Below are positions 39,978 to 49,770 of a stretch of 64,000 nt of DNA, piece by piece. Both the position numbers and the translations under genes were made by a program. Under the pieces are notes generated by a model. That model was not told the origin of the DNA. It did no database searches and saw only the letters and a list, made by a program, of their open reading frames with translations. How positions within the stretch are numbered: position 1 is the stretch's first letter; every line of letters starts with the position of its first letter. Source of the DNA: Thermoproteota archaeon (GTDB lineage Archaea > Thermoproteota > EX4484-205 > JAAOZP01); assembly GCA_049700215.1 (NCBI GenBank), contig JBNAVT010000001.1:32001-96000 (forward strand), read 5' to 3'.

Positions 39978-40337
39978 ATGGTGGAGATAAGGATACTTAA
40001 AGAGGTTGAGAACCCTCTTTTAAAGAGGAGGGAAGTAGTGTTCGAGATTCCGCACCCCGGGGGTAAGACTCCCACTATTGTTGAAGCCAGGGAGGCTGTT
40101 TCAGCCTTGAAAAGAGTCCCCATGGAGGCGGTCTACGTTAGGAGTCTTAAGAGCGTTTCAGGCAGGCAGTCTTCAATAGGCGAGGCGCATGTCTACTTTT
40201 CCCCGGAGTACGCCAGGATCGAGCCTATGCACGTCAGGGTTGCGAACCTGCCTCCGGAGGAGAAGAAGCGTAGGAAAGAGGAGCTTAAGAAGATGAGGAT
40301 GGAGATGAAGGCTAAGGCAGCCGGCGGTAGGAGATGA
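39978..40337 (+). CDS. rps24e: 30S ribosomal protein S24e
   Basis: NPLLKRRE, H....TP. Confidence 0.93.
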   Translation: MVEIRILKEVENPLLKRREVVFEIPHPGGKTPTIVEAREAVSALKRVPMEAVYVRSLKSVSGRQSSIGEAHVYFSPEYARIEPMHVRVANLPPEEKKRRKEELKKMRMEMKAKAAGGRR

Positions 40338-40495
40338 AGGACACTGTGAAATATTATGAGGTTGACGCGAGCAAGGCCTCAGTGAGGCTTAGAAACAGGA
40401 AGTGCCCCAGGTGCGGCAGGGTCATGGCTTTCCACAAGGAGGGTAAACCCAGGTGGCACTGCGGCGCTTGCAACTATACGGAGTTCCAAAGGTGA
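40334..40495 (+). CDS. rps27ae: 30S ribosomal protein S27ae (not in ORF track)
   Basis: Manual translation ...YYEV...[13 protein letters not shown]...[12 protein letters not shown]. Confidence 0.92.
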   Translation: MKDTVKYYEVDASKASVRLRNRKCPRCGRVMAFHKEGKPRWHCGACNYTEFQR

Positions 40496-40512
40496 GGGGG
40501 AGCGTCTAGCCT

Positions 40513-41514
40513 GTGGGGGAGCGTCTCACGTGCATCGGCGTTGAATCCACTGCTCATACTTTCGGGATAGGTGTCGTGAGGCATCCTCCTTTCGAGGCTC
40601 TTTGCGACGTCCGAAGGGTTTACAGACCTTCGGCAGGCGGCATACATCCGAGTGAGGCTGCGAAGCATCATTTGGACAAAGCTTCCAGCGCGCTTCAGGA
40701 GGCGCTGTCGAAAATAAGCGTTGAAGACATAGACCTGGTTTCCTTTTCACGAGGCCCCGGCCTGGGGCCGTGTTTAAGGGTTGGAGCAGCCTTGGCTAGA
40801 ATGATTGCTCTAAAGCTTGGTAAACCACTGGTGGGGGTTAACCATGCTGCTGCACACGTGGAGATCGGGAGGGCTCTAACCGGGGCCGCTAACCCGGTTG
40901 TGCTCTATGTTTCCGGAGGCAACACTCAGGTTATTCATCCTTCTGAAGGAAGATACGTTGTTCTCGGGGAGACTGAGGATATTGCTGTCGGAAACCTTAT
41001 AGACGCTTTCGCTAGGAAAGCAGGCCTCGGTTTCCCTGGTGGCCCAAGAGTTATGGAGCTGGCTTCGAAGTCGCGCAGGCTGGTAAGGCTACCCTACAGT
41101 GTTAAAGGCATGAACGTATCCTTCTCAGGAATGCTGACGATGCTTGAAAACCTGGTTGAGAGGGAGCCGCTTGAAGACCTCTGCTTCTCGCTGCAGGAAA
41201 CCGCTTTCTCCATGCTGATAGAGGTTTCGGAAAGGGCTATGGCGATGCTCGGGCTCAACGAGTTCATAATAGCCGGTGGCGTTGGCGCCAACCAGCGGCT
41301 TAGGGAGATGGCTGGGGAAATGTGTAGGGAGAGGAGAGCCGTCTTCCTGGATTACCCTGTTGAGTACTACGCTGACAACGGTGTCATGGTAGCTTGGGAG
41401 GGGATTGTGCAGTACAGGCTGGGAGAGTCTCTAAGGATTGAAGAGTCTATTGTTAAACCGAGGTGGAGGCTGAGCGATGTCAAGTCTCCTCCCCCAGGGA
41501 TGTACTCGAGTTAA
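40513..41514 (+). CDS. kae1: KEOPS t6A synthase Kae1
   Basis: GVESTAHT, GPGLGPCL, VNHAAAH, YVSGGNTQ, DNGVM. Confidence 0.96.
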   Translation: MGERLTCIGVESTAHTFGIGVVRHPPFEALCDVRRVYRPSAGGIHPSEAAKHHLDKASSALQEALSKISVEDIDLVSFSRGPGLGPCLRVGAALARMIALKLGKPLVGVNHAAAHVEIGRALTGAANPVVLYVSGGNTQVIHPSEGRYVVLGETEDIAVGNLIDAFARKAGLGFPGGPRVMELASKSRRLVRLPYSVKGMNVSFSGMLTMLENLVEREPLEDLCFSLQETAFSMLIEVSERAMAMLGLNEFIIAGGVGANQRLREMAGEMCRERRAVFLDYPVEYYADNGVMVAWEGIVQYRLGESLRIEESIVKPRWRLSDVKSPPPGMYSS

Positions 41515-42163
41515 AACCCTATACCAGGGTGCGGAGGCGGTTGTAGACCTCTGCGAATGGCTCGGAATAAGGGTTGTTGTTAAGACTAGGGTCGCTAAAG
41601 GCTACAGGGTTAGGGAGCTTGACGATTTTATAAGGCGCTCGAGAACAGTGAGGGAAGCATCCCTCCTGAGCTTGGCTAAGAAGGCTGGTGTAAAAACTCC
41701 TTTCGTCTACCACGTGAACCCTCTAGAGGGCCGCATAATAATGAGCTACGTTGAAGGCCAGAGTCTGAGGAGCATGCAGGGCTCAAGCATTTTCGCCAGT
41801 TTAATACGCATGCTTGGAGGCATCGTTGGGAGGCTTCACTCGGCAGGGATTATTCACGGCGACCTAACGCTTTCAAACGTGCTTGCCTCAGAGGACGGGC
41901 TCACCCTGATAGATTTCGGCCTAGGAGAGTTTTCAAACGAGGTTGAGAAGAAGGCTGAGGATGTTTACACGCTTTTCTCAAGCCTAAGGGCGCTCCCGGA
42001 TTCTGGGACACTGGTGGCAGCCTTCCTCGAGGGCTACAGGCCTTCAGCCGGAGAGTCCGCGGCGAGGGTTGAGGAGAGGCTTAGGGAGATAGGCAGCAGG
42101 GGCAGGTATGTTGAGAAGGAGCTTAGACGAGGCTCAGCGGGAAGAGTGGAACGTAGATGCTGA
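41477..42163 (+). CDS. bud32: KEOPS kinase Bud32
   Basis: GAEA, HGDLTLSN, IDFGLG, RGRY; start uncertain. Confidence 0.93.
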   Translation: MSSLLPQGCTRVKTLYQGAEAVVDLCEWLGIRVVVKTRVAKGYRVRELDDFIRRSRTVREASLLSLAKKAGVKTPFVYHVNPLEGRIIMSYVEGQSLRSMQGSSIFASLIRMLGGIVGRLHSAGIIHGDLTLSNVLASEDGLTLIDFGLGEFSNEVEKKAEDVYTLFSSLRALPDSGTLVAAFLEGYRPSAGESAARVEERLREIGSRGRYVEKELRRGSAGRVERRC

Positions 42164-42189
42164 AACCGGTTGCCGTCAGCCTGAGGAAG

Positions 42190-43542
42190 CTAAAAACCAA
42201 GGATAATCCTGTCGTGAACAGCTTTAACAGCTTTCTCAGCATCGCCCATCGACACGGCGAAGGATATGCTTGTCTCAGACGAGCCTTGAGCTATGGCTAG
42301 AACATTAACCCCTGCTTCTGCAACGGCGGAGAATATTCTGGCTGCAACACCCTTAGTCCCCCTCATGCCCTCCCCGACGGCGGATATTACTGCAACACCC
42401 CTCTGTATCCTGATTCTTTTAACAAGCCTCTGTCTGCTAAAGCCTTCCCTCAAGCCTTTCAAAGCCATGTCTAGATCCCTGTCTTTAACAAGCAGGGTTA
42501 TGCCGATTTCTGAAGCATCCTGGCTTATCATGGAGACGCTCACCCCTCTCTTCGCAATCTCGCCGAGTATGGCTGAGGCCACGCCAGGGGCCCCCGCCAT
42601 CGCAGCCCCCTCAACGGTTATAATACTCATGTCGGGTATCATCGCCACAGCCTTAACAATCTGTTTTTCAACAGCCTTCTCAAAGCCTATTGTCGTGCAT
42701 TCCTTGAAAGGTTCCTGAATGCTTGAAACTATGATTCTTACCCCAAGCTCCTCGGCAAGCTCCACTGCCTGGGGGCTCACAACCCATTCTCCGAGCCTTG
42801 AAAGCTCCAGCGCCTCCGAGTAGGATAGGCTTGGTATTACCCTTGCCTTGTCGGCGATCCAGGGGTCGGCTGTGTAGACGCCGCCGTTAGCCTTCGGAAC
42901 ATACACCTCGTTAACCCTGAGCTCGCTAGCAGCAAGTATCGATACTACGCTGCCCATCCCTTTCCTGAGCGATGCTTCGCCGCCCTCGTGGTCGACGCAG
43001 GCCCTGCCGGATATTACGAGGGCTCCTTTCGAAACGCTTTTCAACCCATCCGGGTTGACGAGGCTCACGTAATGGCTCCACGGCGGCTCATAGTCCTCTA
43101 CGATCATGAATCCCGCTTGCCCGGCGGAAACCCATTTAGCGTCGACACCAACCGCGTTCAAATGGCTTGAAACAACCTTGGAAACAGTGTTTCCAAGCAG
43201 GTTTAGCATTACATGCAGCCCCCTGGGCGTTGCACCCTCCGCCTTCTTCTCAGCATGCAGGTACTCAGCGATCCTGTTCAAGCTTTCAACAAGCTCAGCT
43301 TCAACACCCCTTCTAAGTCCACCGGGAACTCCTTTCGCCAGACTGTTAAGCTCGCCAGCCAGCTTCGCCAAAGCCTCGTCCTCGCTCACTCGTGAAGCAG
43401 CAGCCTCAGTTAAAACCCTCAGGGCTTCCTCGCGCGGCTCGACTATGATCACCAGCCCCTGCGGTGCTTTTTCAGCAAGCTTCTCCAATAGCTCTTTTAA
43501 CTCGAGCCCCGTGTTCTCAAGGTTAAGGTTTACAATCATCAA
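42190..43542 (-). CDS. Aspartokinase-like protein with degenerate kinase motifs and two ACT domains
   Basis: GVYTADP, LSYSEALEL, M.G.PGVA..I ACT repeats, QGSSE.SIS; KFGG and RGGSD motifs absent. Confidence 0.8.
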   Translation of the reverse strand: MMIVNLNLENTGLELKELLEKLAEKAPQGLVIIVEPREEALRVLTEAAASRVSEDEALAKLAGELNSLAKGVPGGLRRGVEAELVESLNRIAEYLHAEKKAEGATPRGLHVMLNLLGNTVSKVVSSHLNAVGVDAKWVSAGQAGFMIVEDYEPPWSHYVSLVNPDGLKSVSKGALVISGRACVDHEGGEASLRKGMGSVVSILAASELRVNEVYVPKANGGVYTADPWIADKARVIPSLSYSEALELSRLGEWVVSPQAVELAEELGVRIIVSSIQEPFKECTTIGFEKAVEKQIVKAVAMIPDMSIITVEGAAMAGAPGVASAILGEIAKRGVSVSMISQDASEIGITLLVKDRDLDMALKGLREGFSRQRLVKRIRIQRGVAVISAVGEGMRGTKGVAARIFSAVAEAGVNVLAIAQGSSETSISFAVSMGDAEKAVKAVHDRIILGF

Positions 43543-44549
43543 CGCTTCTCCTCCTCCAGTATTTCAAAGATGTCTCTAATTATTGCGGCGGCTGTTTCAA
43601 ACGGTCCAGCTCCTCTCCCAAGCAGGTAAACCGGCCCAGCCCTCCTCATTCTGAACTCCACCGCGTTCAGCGTCCCGCTCACATCAAGCACGCTCCCCCT
43701 CTTAAGCTTTGAAGGACCAACCCTGAGCCTACCTTCCTCAGTGAACTCTCCTATGAGCCTTATTGAGCAGCCGTTTAGAGCAGCTTCACGCAGGTCCCTT
43801 GGCTCAACGCCCTCTATACCCTTCAACTCGACCTCGTCAACCCTGTGACCCCCCTCGATACTGTTGGCTATTATGGTTATCTTGTAGGCAGTATCCATCC
43901 CCGAGACATCCATAGTTGGGTCGGCTTCAGCAATACCTATTTCGCGTGCAAGCCTCAAAGCCTCCTCGTAGCTCTTCCCCTCCTCCATCAGTGTGAGAAT
44001 ATAGTTGGAGGTCGCGTTTAAAACTCCTCTGAAGCCCTCGACAACATCCCCAACGGTGAGCGTCCTGAGAGTTTTCAAAACGGGCAGTCCACCGCCGACC
44101 GTCGCGCTATACTTCACCATTCTCCCCCGTGTAAGAGCCGTCCTCATGACAGTGTCGTAATCATAGGCGAAAGGAGCCTTGTTCGCTGAGACAACGTGGG
44201 AGCCATGCTCGAGAGCCTTAAGAATGTGTTTTAAAGCCGGTCCTGAGCCACCCCTGCTCGTTGGCGTTGCTTCAACAGTCACATCGGGCTGGGCGAGCCT
44301 TATCGCCTCCGCCGCATCCATACTTGGAAAACCCCCCTGCTCAGAATAGGCCACGGAACCCCTCGCGATCTTCGTGGCCAAAAGGCTGCTGGCCTTAACA
44401 CCGTTCTCCGAGAGCGTCGCTCCACCTCTGTCCACTATTCCAACAATCCTCGGGTCTGCTCCGAGCCTTCTGAACCCCCTCCTCTCCTCCTCCATCAGCT
44501 GGAGGAATGCTCTTCCAACGTTTCCAAAGCCGATTAAAAGTATCCTCAT
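43539..44549 (-). CDS. hom: Homoserine dehydrogenase
   Basis: GFGNVG, ANK, ATVGGGLP, GVLNATSNYIL, AEADP..DVSG.D. Confidence 0.95.
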   Translation of the reverse strand: MRILLIGFGNVGRAFLQLMEEERRGFRRLGADPRIVGIVDRGGATLSENGVKASSLLATKIARGSVAYSEQGGFPSMDAAEAIRLAQPDVTVEATPTSRGGSGPALKHILKALEHGSHVVSANKAPFAYDYDTVMRTALTRGRMVKYSATVGGGLPVLKTLRTLTVGDVVEGFRGVLNATSNYILTLMEEGKSYEEALRLAREIGIAEADPTMDVSGMDTAYKITIIANSIEGGHRVDEVELKGIEGVEPRDLREAALNGCSIRLIGEFTEEGRLRVGPSKLKRGSVLDVSGTLNAVEFRMRRAGPVYLLGRGAGPFETAAAIIRDIFEILEEEKR

Positions 44550-45763
44550 AACAGTTTCCTCAAAGCCTCCGCAGGGTTTTCACCGGGGTTGATCACGAGC
44601 TCAGCATAGGGCTTTATGTCGACGCTCGGATCCTTCAAGCCGTGTCCAGTCGCCACGACGACGATTGTTTCATCACCCTTAAAGAACCCTTCTTTAGAAA
44701 GCTTAGCCAAGCCCGCCACAGGGGCTGCTCCAGCCGGCTCCGCGAACAAGCCCTCCATCCTGGCGAGGTCCACCTGAGCCCTCAATATTTCACGGTCGCT
44801 CACAGTAACCGCCGTCCCCCGGGAGTCTCTAATCGCCTTCAACGCTTTTTTCCATGAAAACGGCCTTCCGATTCTTATTGCTGTTGCAACGGTCTCAGGC
44901 TTCTCAACAGGCTCTATAGTTTCCTCTCCCCGGAGGTATGCTTTTGCTATCGGGGCGGCTCCCTCAGCCTGAACCCCTATCATCCTCGGCTTAGACTCCG
45001 CCAGCCCGGCTTCAACAAGCTCTTTAAAACCCTTCCAGCCTGAAGATATGTTGGCAGCGTTTCCAACAGGGTATACGACGAAATCCGGCGTGTGGTTCAA
45101 GCCCTCCCATATTTCGAAGGCAACTGTCTTCTGGCCTTCAATCCTATACGGGTTCACTGAGTTTAAAACGTAAACCCCAAGCTCCTCTCTGTGGGAAAGA
45201 AGTGTTTCCAAAGCTTCGTCGAAGTTCCCTCTGACCCTGACTACGGTGGCCCCGTGGGCAACAGCCTGGAGAAGCTTCCCGGGGGCAACGTAGCCGTCTG
45301 GAAGGAAGACGAGGCTTCTCAAGCCAGCTCTTGCCGCGTAGGCTGACATTGATGCTGAAGTGTTGCCTGTTGAAGCACACGCTACGCTCCTGGCGTGGAA
45401 CCTGAGGGCTATGCTGACGGCGACAGTCATACCCCTGTCTTTAAAAGAACCAGTTGGATTAGCTCCCTCAAACTTGACGTAGAGGCTTCTCAAGCCCAAG
45501 TATTCCCCAAGCCTTTCAGCCTTAATGAGGGGAGTATCACCCTCACCTAGCGTGACGATTCTCCCAACCCTGGGAAGGAGGCTCCTATACCTCCAAACAC
45601 CCCTGCCGTTGAACGAGACGCTTCTGAAGACACTCCTAGGGTAAACAACCTCCAAGAGGCCTCCGCACCTCCCGCATACAAGCACGCCTCCCCCGGGCGC
45701 ATGGGTTGCGCCGCAATCCATGCACACCAGAGCCTCGTCACCCTGATACTCCATTACGCGCAT
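44546..45763 (-). CDS. thrC: Threonine synthase
   Basis: NPTGSFKDRG (PLP lysine), ASTGNTS, NS.NPYR.EGQKT, TGHGLKD. Confidence 0.95.
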   Translation of the reverse strand: MRVMEYQGDEALVCMDCGATHAPGGGVLVCGRCGGLLEVVYPRSVFRSVSFNGRGVWRYRSLLPRVGRIVTLGEGDTPLIKAERLGEYLGLRSLYVKFEGANPTGSFKDRGMTVAVSIALRFHARSVACASTGNTSASMSAYAARAGLRSLVFLPDGYVAPGKLLQAVAHGATVVRVRGNFDEALETLLSHREELGVYVLNSVNPYRIEGQKTVAFEIWEGLNHTPDFVVYPVGNAANISSGWKGFKELVEAGLAESKPRMIGVQAEGAAPIAKAYLRGEETIEPVEKPETVATAIRIGRPFSWKKALKAIRDSRGTAVTVSDREILRAQVDLARMEGLFAEPAGAAPVAGLAKLSKEGFFKGDETIVVVATGHGLKDPSVDIKPYAELVINPGENPAEALRKLL

Positions 45764-45803
45764 ACTCGCCTCCTCAGAGTTTTAAGCTTTAATAGTTCTC
45801 AGC

Positions 45804-46385
45804 ATGGAAAAATGGCTGATGAAGCTAGTGTTCATAACGGGGAACCCTGGGAAATTCCTCGAGGCGAGGAGGCTGCTTGAAGAATACGGGATAATTCTTG
45901 AACAGGCCGATGTTGAAGTAACAGAGCCGCAGACAGATAGCCTGGAGGAGGTTGCTGAGAAATGCGCTGAGGAGGCTTTGGAAAAAATTGGTGAAAGCTT
46001 CCTAATCGAGGACTCCGGGCTATTCGTAAACTCTCTAAACGGCTTCCCAGGAGTATACTCCTCATACGTCTACAGGAAAATAGGCTGCGAAGGAATACTC
46101 AAGCTTCTCACAGGCTCAGCAGACAGGTCAGCATACTTCATGACGGCCCTAGCCTACGGCGAGCCAGGCAAAGGCGTCAAGATATTCACCGGAAGAGTCG
46201 ACGGAACAATCGCAACAGAGCCACGCGGGAAAAGCGGGTTCGGTTATGACCCCTTATTCATCCCTCTGGGCTCTAATCTGACTTTCGCGGAGATGAGCAC
46301 TGAGGAGAAGAACAGGTTTTCCCACAGGGCTAGGGCGTTGAGAAGCTTTGCGTCATGGTTTCTGAGCAGGCATGAGGAAAAGTAG
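45804..46385 (+). CDS. rdgB: dITP/XTP pyrophosphatase (RdgB/Ham1)
   Basis: TGNPGK, EDSGL, GFGYDP.F, SHR.RAL. Confidence 0.95.
   Translation: MEKWLMKLVFITGNPGKFLEARRLLEEYGIILEQADVEVTEPQTDSLEEVAEKCAEEALEKIGESFLIEDSGLFVNSLNGFPGVYSSYVYRKIGCEGILKLLTGSADRSAYFMTALAYGEPGKGVKIFTGRVDGTIATEPRGKSGFGYDPLFIPLGSNLTFAEMSTEEKNRFSHRARALRSFASWFLSRHEEK
46318..46363 (+). repeat. Direct repeat copy 1 (3' end of rdgB), left boundary of island
   Basis: 38/46 nt match (manual count) to 49258-49303; first 16 nt TTTCCCACAGGGCTAG identical. Confidence 0.85.
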
Positions 46386-47481
46386 GTGTGGCGTCTCGTG
46401 TAGAGACTGCCATTATTACGATTACAGACAGCTATGCCCAGGATGCGCGATTGAACGTTGTCTCGTAGATTCGTGTCTAAGGGGCATTTCTTTTTCAGGT
46501 ATTACATACCCCAAATCGTTCTGCAAGTTAAGAGCATATTGTCCTATTGGAGGGATGCCGAGACCGTTTCCAGTCCTACTTCCCCAATTAAGGAAAAAGG
46601 ATATGCTTAGGATTAATTTTCCGTCATTCATTCCTCAAATCGATATATGGAATCGTGAATCATGGTTTTGGATAGAAGGGGTAGATGCACCTGCTGTTTT
46701 TGTACCCCTCTGGCAACTGATTTTTAATAGTAGTTTAATATCAGAGGCTTCACGTAAAGGTCTTCACGATTTTCTCGGCTTTAATGGAAAAATATTGTTG
46801 TCTACGGTTATGCCTGACGAGCTTATTGATAGACTTACAAAGGATGATTACTTTAAGCTGATTAAAGAATTAAGACCCGATGCCACAATGATTCCCGATA
46901 ACTATACTTATGTTGACGCTCCATTATACCAATCTTGGTCTCAAACTATGCGGTTAATATCGTTTGCAAATGATTTTCTAGATCTCGATATCCCGTTAAT
47001 CGGCTTAATCAAGGGTGCAAATCTGCGCCAAATCTACGTATCGCTTAAAAGTGAGGTTGAAATGAATTATGTTTCATTTGTTATGCCTGCGAGAGAACTT
47101 TTTGAGCAGGGCTTGTTAAATGATCTTCTTTCTCATGTGTTAATCATGTTAAAGAGGTTGGGTAGAGTTAATAATAAAAAACTTGAAATACTTATTTACG
47201 GGGTTGGACGAAAGCTTGGGTACAAAGGGATGAGCTATAGTAATTTTTCATGGTTTCTTGAAGCCAAACATGGTCTTTATTTTCGAGACGGCAAATTATA
47301 CGATATGCGTGACGAGAAAATAAGATTTAGGGAGTGTTATTGTGATGCTTGCGAAGGCAAGATGCCACAGGACCTTATCAATCTATGGGTGGAAAATTCA
47401 GAATCTTGTAGAAGAATACTGGCTCTTCATAACCTGCTGGATTGGCTGAGGAGAAGTAAGAGTTGGGTGGGGGCTCTTTAA
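46372..47481 (+). CDS. tRNA-guanine transglycosylase (TGT)-fold protein with Cys-rich N-terminus
   Basis: C-terminal CYCDAC...LALHNL matches the TGT zinc-site pattern; N-terminal CxxxCxxC...CPGC...C cluster. Confidence 0.6.
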   Translation: MRKSRCGVSCRDCHYYDYRQLCPGCAIERCLVDSCLRGISFSGITYPKSFCKLRAYCPIGGMPRPFPVLLPQLRKKDMLRINFPSFIPQIDIWNRESWFWIEGVDAPAVFVPLWQLIFNSSLISEASRKGLHDFLGFNGKILLSTVMPDELIDRLTKDDYFKLIKELRPDATMIPDNYTYVDAPLYQSWSQTMRLISFANDFLDLDIPLIGLIKGANLRQIYVSLKSEVEMNYVSFVMPARELFEQGLLNDLLSHVLIMLKRLGRVNNKKLEILIYGVGRKLGYKGMSYSNFSWFLEAKHGLYFRDGKLYDMRDEKIRFRECYCDACEGKMPQDLINLWVENSESCRRILALHNLLDWLRRSKSWVGAL

Positions 47482-48381
47482 TAGATCAGCATAAATCAAG
47501 GTTCCGGGAGGGAGACCAGGTTCTAACAGAACGGAAGGAAGAATGGGAAGAATGCCGTAAAGAGGCCTATAGCGAGGTGAAGGAATTCGGTGAGTATAAA
47601 GTGGCATAACAGAAATTGGAGAATATGAGCTACTTAAAGGAAATATCGTTATCTCAACGTTTGTAGAGGCAAGAATAGAAGAAGATAGGATTTTGTTTCC
47701 TTTGAGCCATGGAACCCTATTAGAAATCTCTTTTAGTGGGATTAGAGAAATTCTTACTCCTGAGAAGGCGGAATTATGCGGCCTTATAGCTGCAGAAGGC
47801 AGCTTATCTCCCTATGAAGGAGAGTCTCGCCAAATCTTCTTTCACTCTGCAGATATGGAACTTATTGAAAGGTATATTGAGTTGTTCGAGAAGATTTATA
47901 ACAAAACTCCGCATATTTACCAAGGTAAGGGCGAATTTATTGCGGGAATAAAGAATAAAGAGGCATATTACGATCTGAGGGAGATCGGGGCTAAACCGGG
48001 CCTTACAGGTACCACGTTCCTTTAAAACATTTAGACGAAGAGGGTGTTAAGGCATATTTAAGAGGGTTTTTCTCTGGTGATGGAAGCGTAGCAAGGCATG
48101 GAAAGTATTCGATTAAACTTAGAATATCCTCAAAGTACGGGGATTGCCTAGAGGAGATAAGAGAGGCTTTGGTGAAGATTGGTTTTCAGCCTTCTGAGGT
48201 TCGTCTGGATAAGACTTATGGGACACATTATTTGGAGATATACGCTCAAGATCGGATAAGGTTTATCGAAGAAATAGGAAGCTATAACCCTGCACATGTA
48301 AAGAAATTCGAAGAATTCTTAAAAGCGTATGAGGAGGATAAATTAAAGGGAGGAAGACCAAAAAGGAATGATGACAAATGA
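47463..48381 (+). pseudogene. Double-motif LAGLIDADG endonuclease-like gene with two -1 frameshifts
   Basis: AELCGLIAAEGSL (ORF 47693) and AYLRGFFSGDGSV (frame of ORF 48169); shifts at about 47600 and 48001. Confidence 0.75.
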
Positions 48382-49079
48382 GTAAAATCACTGTTTGGGG
48401 ATGGGGTGATAAATATGAGGCTGCCAGAGTCAATAGTGAAGCATGCGTTGAGAAGTTTTGGAGAGAAGCAACTAAAGAGTGTCGAATAGCTTTAGTGGGT
48501 AAAGATCGGCGTGAGGGCATGATTTTTGGAATTGATGTTTACACGGATGATCCGAAGAGTGTCGGATTTTTAGTGGAAAGACTACTAAACCTAGTCCTTA
48601 CAAGAAAAAATAAGGTTTACGAAATTACAATAGAATTTCTTACGGAGGAAGTCTCTTATAAGGGACACTTGAAAACACTTGAGGAGATAGAGAAACAGTA
48701 CGAAACCCTGGCAAGTATATGTATCGAGAAAGTTAAAGACGATCCGCGGGTGAAACCATTAACCGGCGGAAGGAGAATACTGGTCTTCCCGGATATGAGC
48801 TTATTTATCGAGCTTGAACCCGGGTACGGATTAAGGATGAAGGTGGGAGTCTTCCACTTCAATTTCGATGAGATGCTTAAATTCATCCAATTACTATCAG
48901 AGGATTTGATTAAAAGTAAACTGGCTAAGCGTATTTTAGGTTATGGACTTTCGTTGGACATAGATAGGCTCGAGATTTCTGATGTTGATGTTACTGATGA
49001 TGAGGTTCTGGTGGATCTTGCAGTGTCCGAGTCCGAAAATCTAACACTCATTAGTTTTGATTACCATTATTATGATTAA
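48378..49079 (+). CDS. Hypothetical protein in island
   Basis: 233-aa ORF with ATGA overlap to the upstream gene. Confidence 0.6.
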   Translation: MSKITVWGWGDKYEAARVNSEACVEKFWREATKECRIALVGKDRREGMIFGIDVYTDDPKSVGFLVERLLNLVLTRKNKVYEITIEFLTEEVSYKGHLKTLEEIEKQYETLASICIEKVKDDPRVKPLTGGRRILVFPDMSLFIELEPGYGLRMKVGVFHFNFDEMLKFIQLLSEDLIKSKLAKRILGYGLSLDIDRLEISDVDVTDDEVLVDLAVSESENLTLISFDYHYYD

Positions 49080-49257
49080 AAGAGTTATGTACATTCTATA
49101 GATAAGGTCAAATAAGTACTATATTTTCACTTTAATCGGTATTGTCACACTCATCTCCGAAAGCAATGCCATTGTCCCTACCTGCCTCAACATAATCCAT
49201 GTAAATAATGTTCACATCCCTGTCCATATGGTGCGCATGACCCTTATTAGCGCGTGC

Positions 49258-49303
49258 TTTCCCACAGGGCTAGAGCTTTAAGAGCATTCGCCTCATGGTT
49301 TCT
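49258..49303 (+). repeat. Direct repeat copy 2 (displaced rdgB 3' end)
   Basis: Encodes SHRARALRAFASWFL versus SHRARALRSFASWFL in rdgB. Confidence 0.85.
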
Positions 49304-49323
49304 TAATGAGAAAATCGCGCGCG

Positions 49324-49770
49324 CTATCCTTTTTCAACCGTAAGCTTAGCGTGGGGCCCGTTGAGAATGATCTTCAACTTGTTGAGCATCTTCCTGCCGA
49401 TTACAATATCCTCGACGAGGTCTGGGGCAGACAGGGGTACAAAGATTTCGTTCAAACCCAAGTCGATTATACGGTTAGCTTCTTCAGATATTAGGAATAC
49501 TGGGAGCTCGAAAACTTCTCCCTTAATCAAGTGTCCAGGAGCCTCCATCTGCCTTGTGGAGACCGGCTTAAGGTTAAGGAGGAACTCTGCCAGTTCAAAG
49601 TTGGAGTATAAGGCCCCGTCGAAACCCGTGTCGACCAGACCCTCCACTATGGCGGCTTTACGTAAGTCATGCCTGACTATGAGAAGGCTCATCACAGGTA
49701 TATCGGGTAGTTTAAAACCGTCAGACAGGACCCCGTCTTCATGATATTTGAAGCTTATCGATGTCGACAA
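49324..49770 (-). CDS. Clan AA (retropepsin-like) aspartic protease
   Basis: LVDTGFDG catalytic motif and C-terminal IVIGRKMLN. Confidence 0.8.
   Translation of the reverse strand: MSTSISFKYHEDGVLSDGFKLPDIPVMSLLIVRHDLRKAAIVEGLVDTGFDGALYSNFELAEFLLNLKPVSTRQMEAPGHLIKGEVFELPVFLISEEANRIIDLGLNEIFVPLSAPDLVEDIVIGRKMLNKLKIILNGPHAKLTVEKG

Larger units (their letters stand above)
46318..49303. mobile_element. AT-rich integrated island at the 3' end of rdgB
   Basis: Flanking direct repeats of the rdgB 3' end, visibly lower GC, three overlapping foreign-looking genes; no integrase seen. Confidence 0.65.

Noticed and set aside
47463-48381. LAGLIDADG gene as part of an intein or intron
   Set aside because: No intein splice-junction motifs or interrupted host gene recognisable
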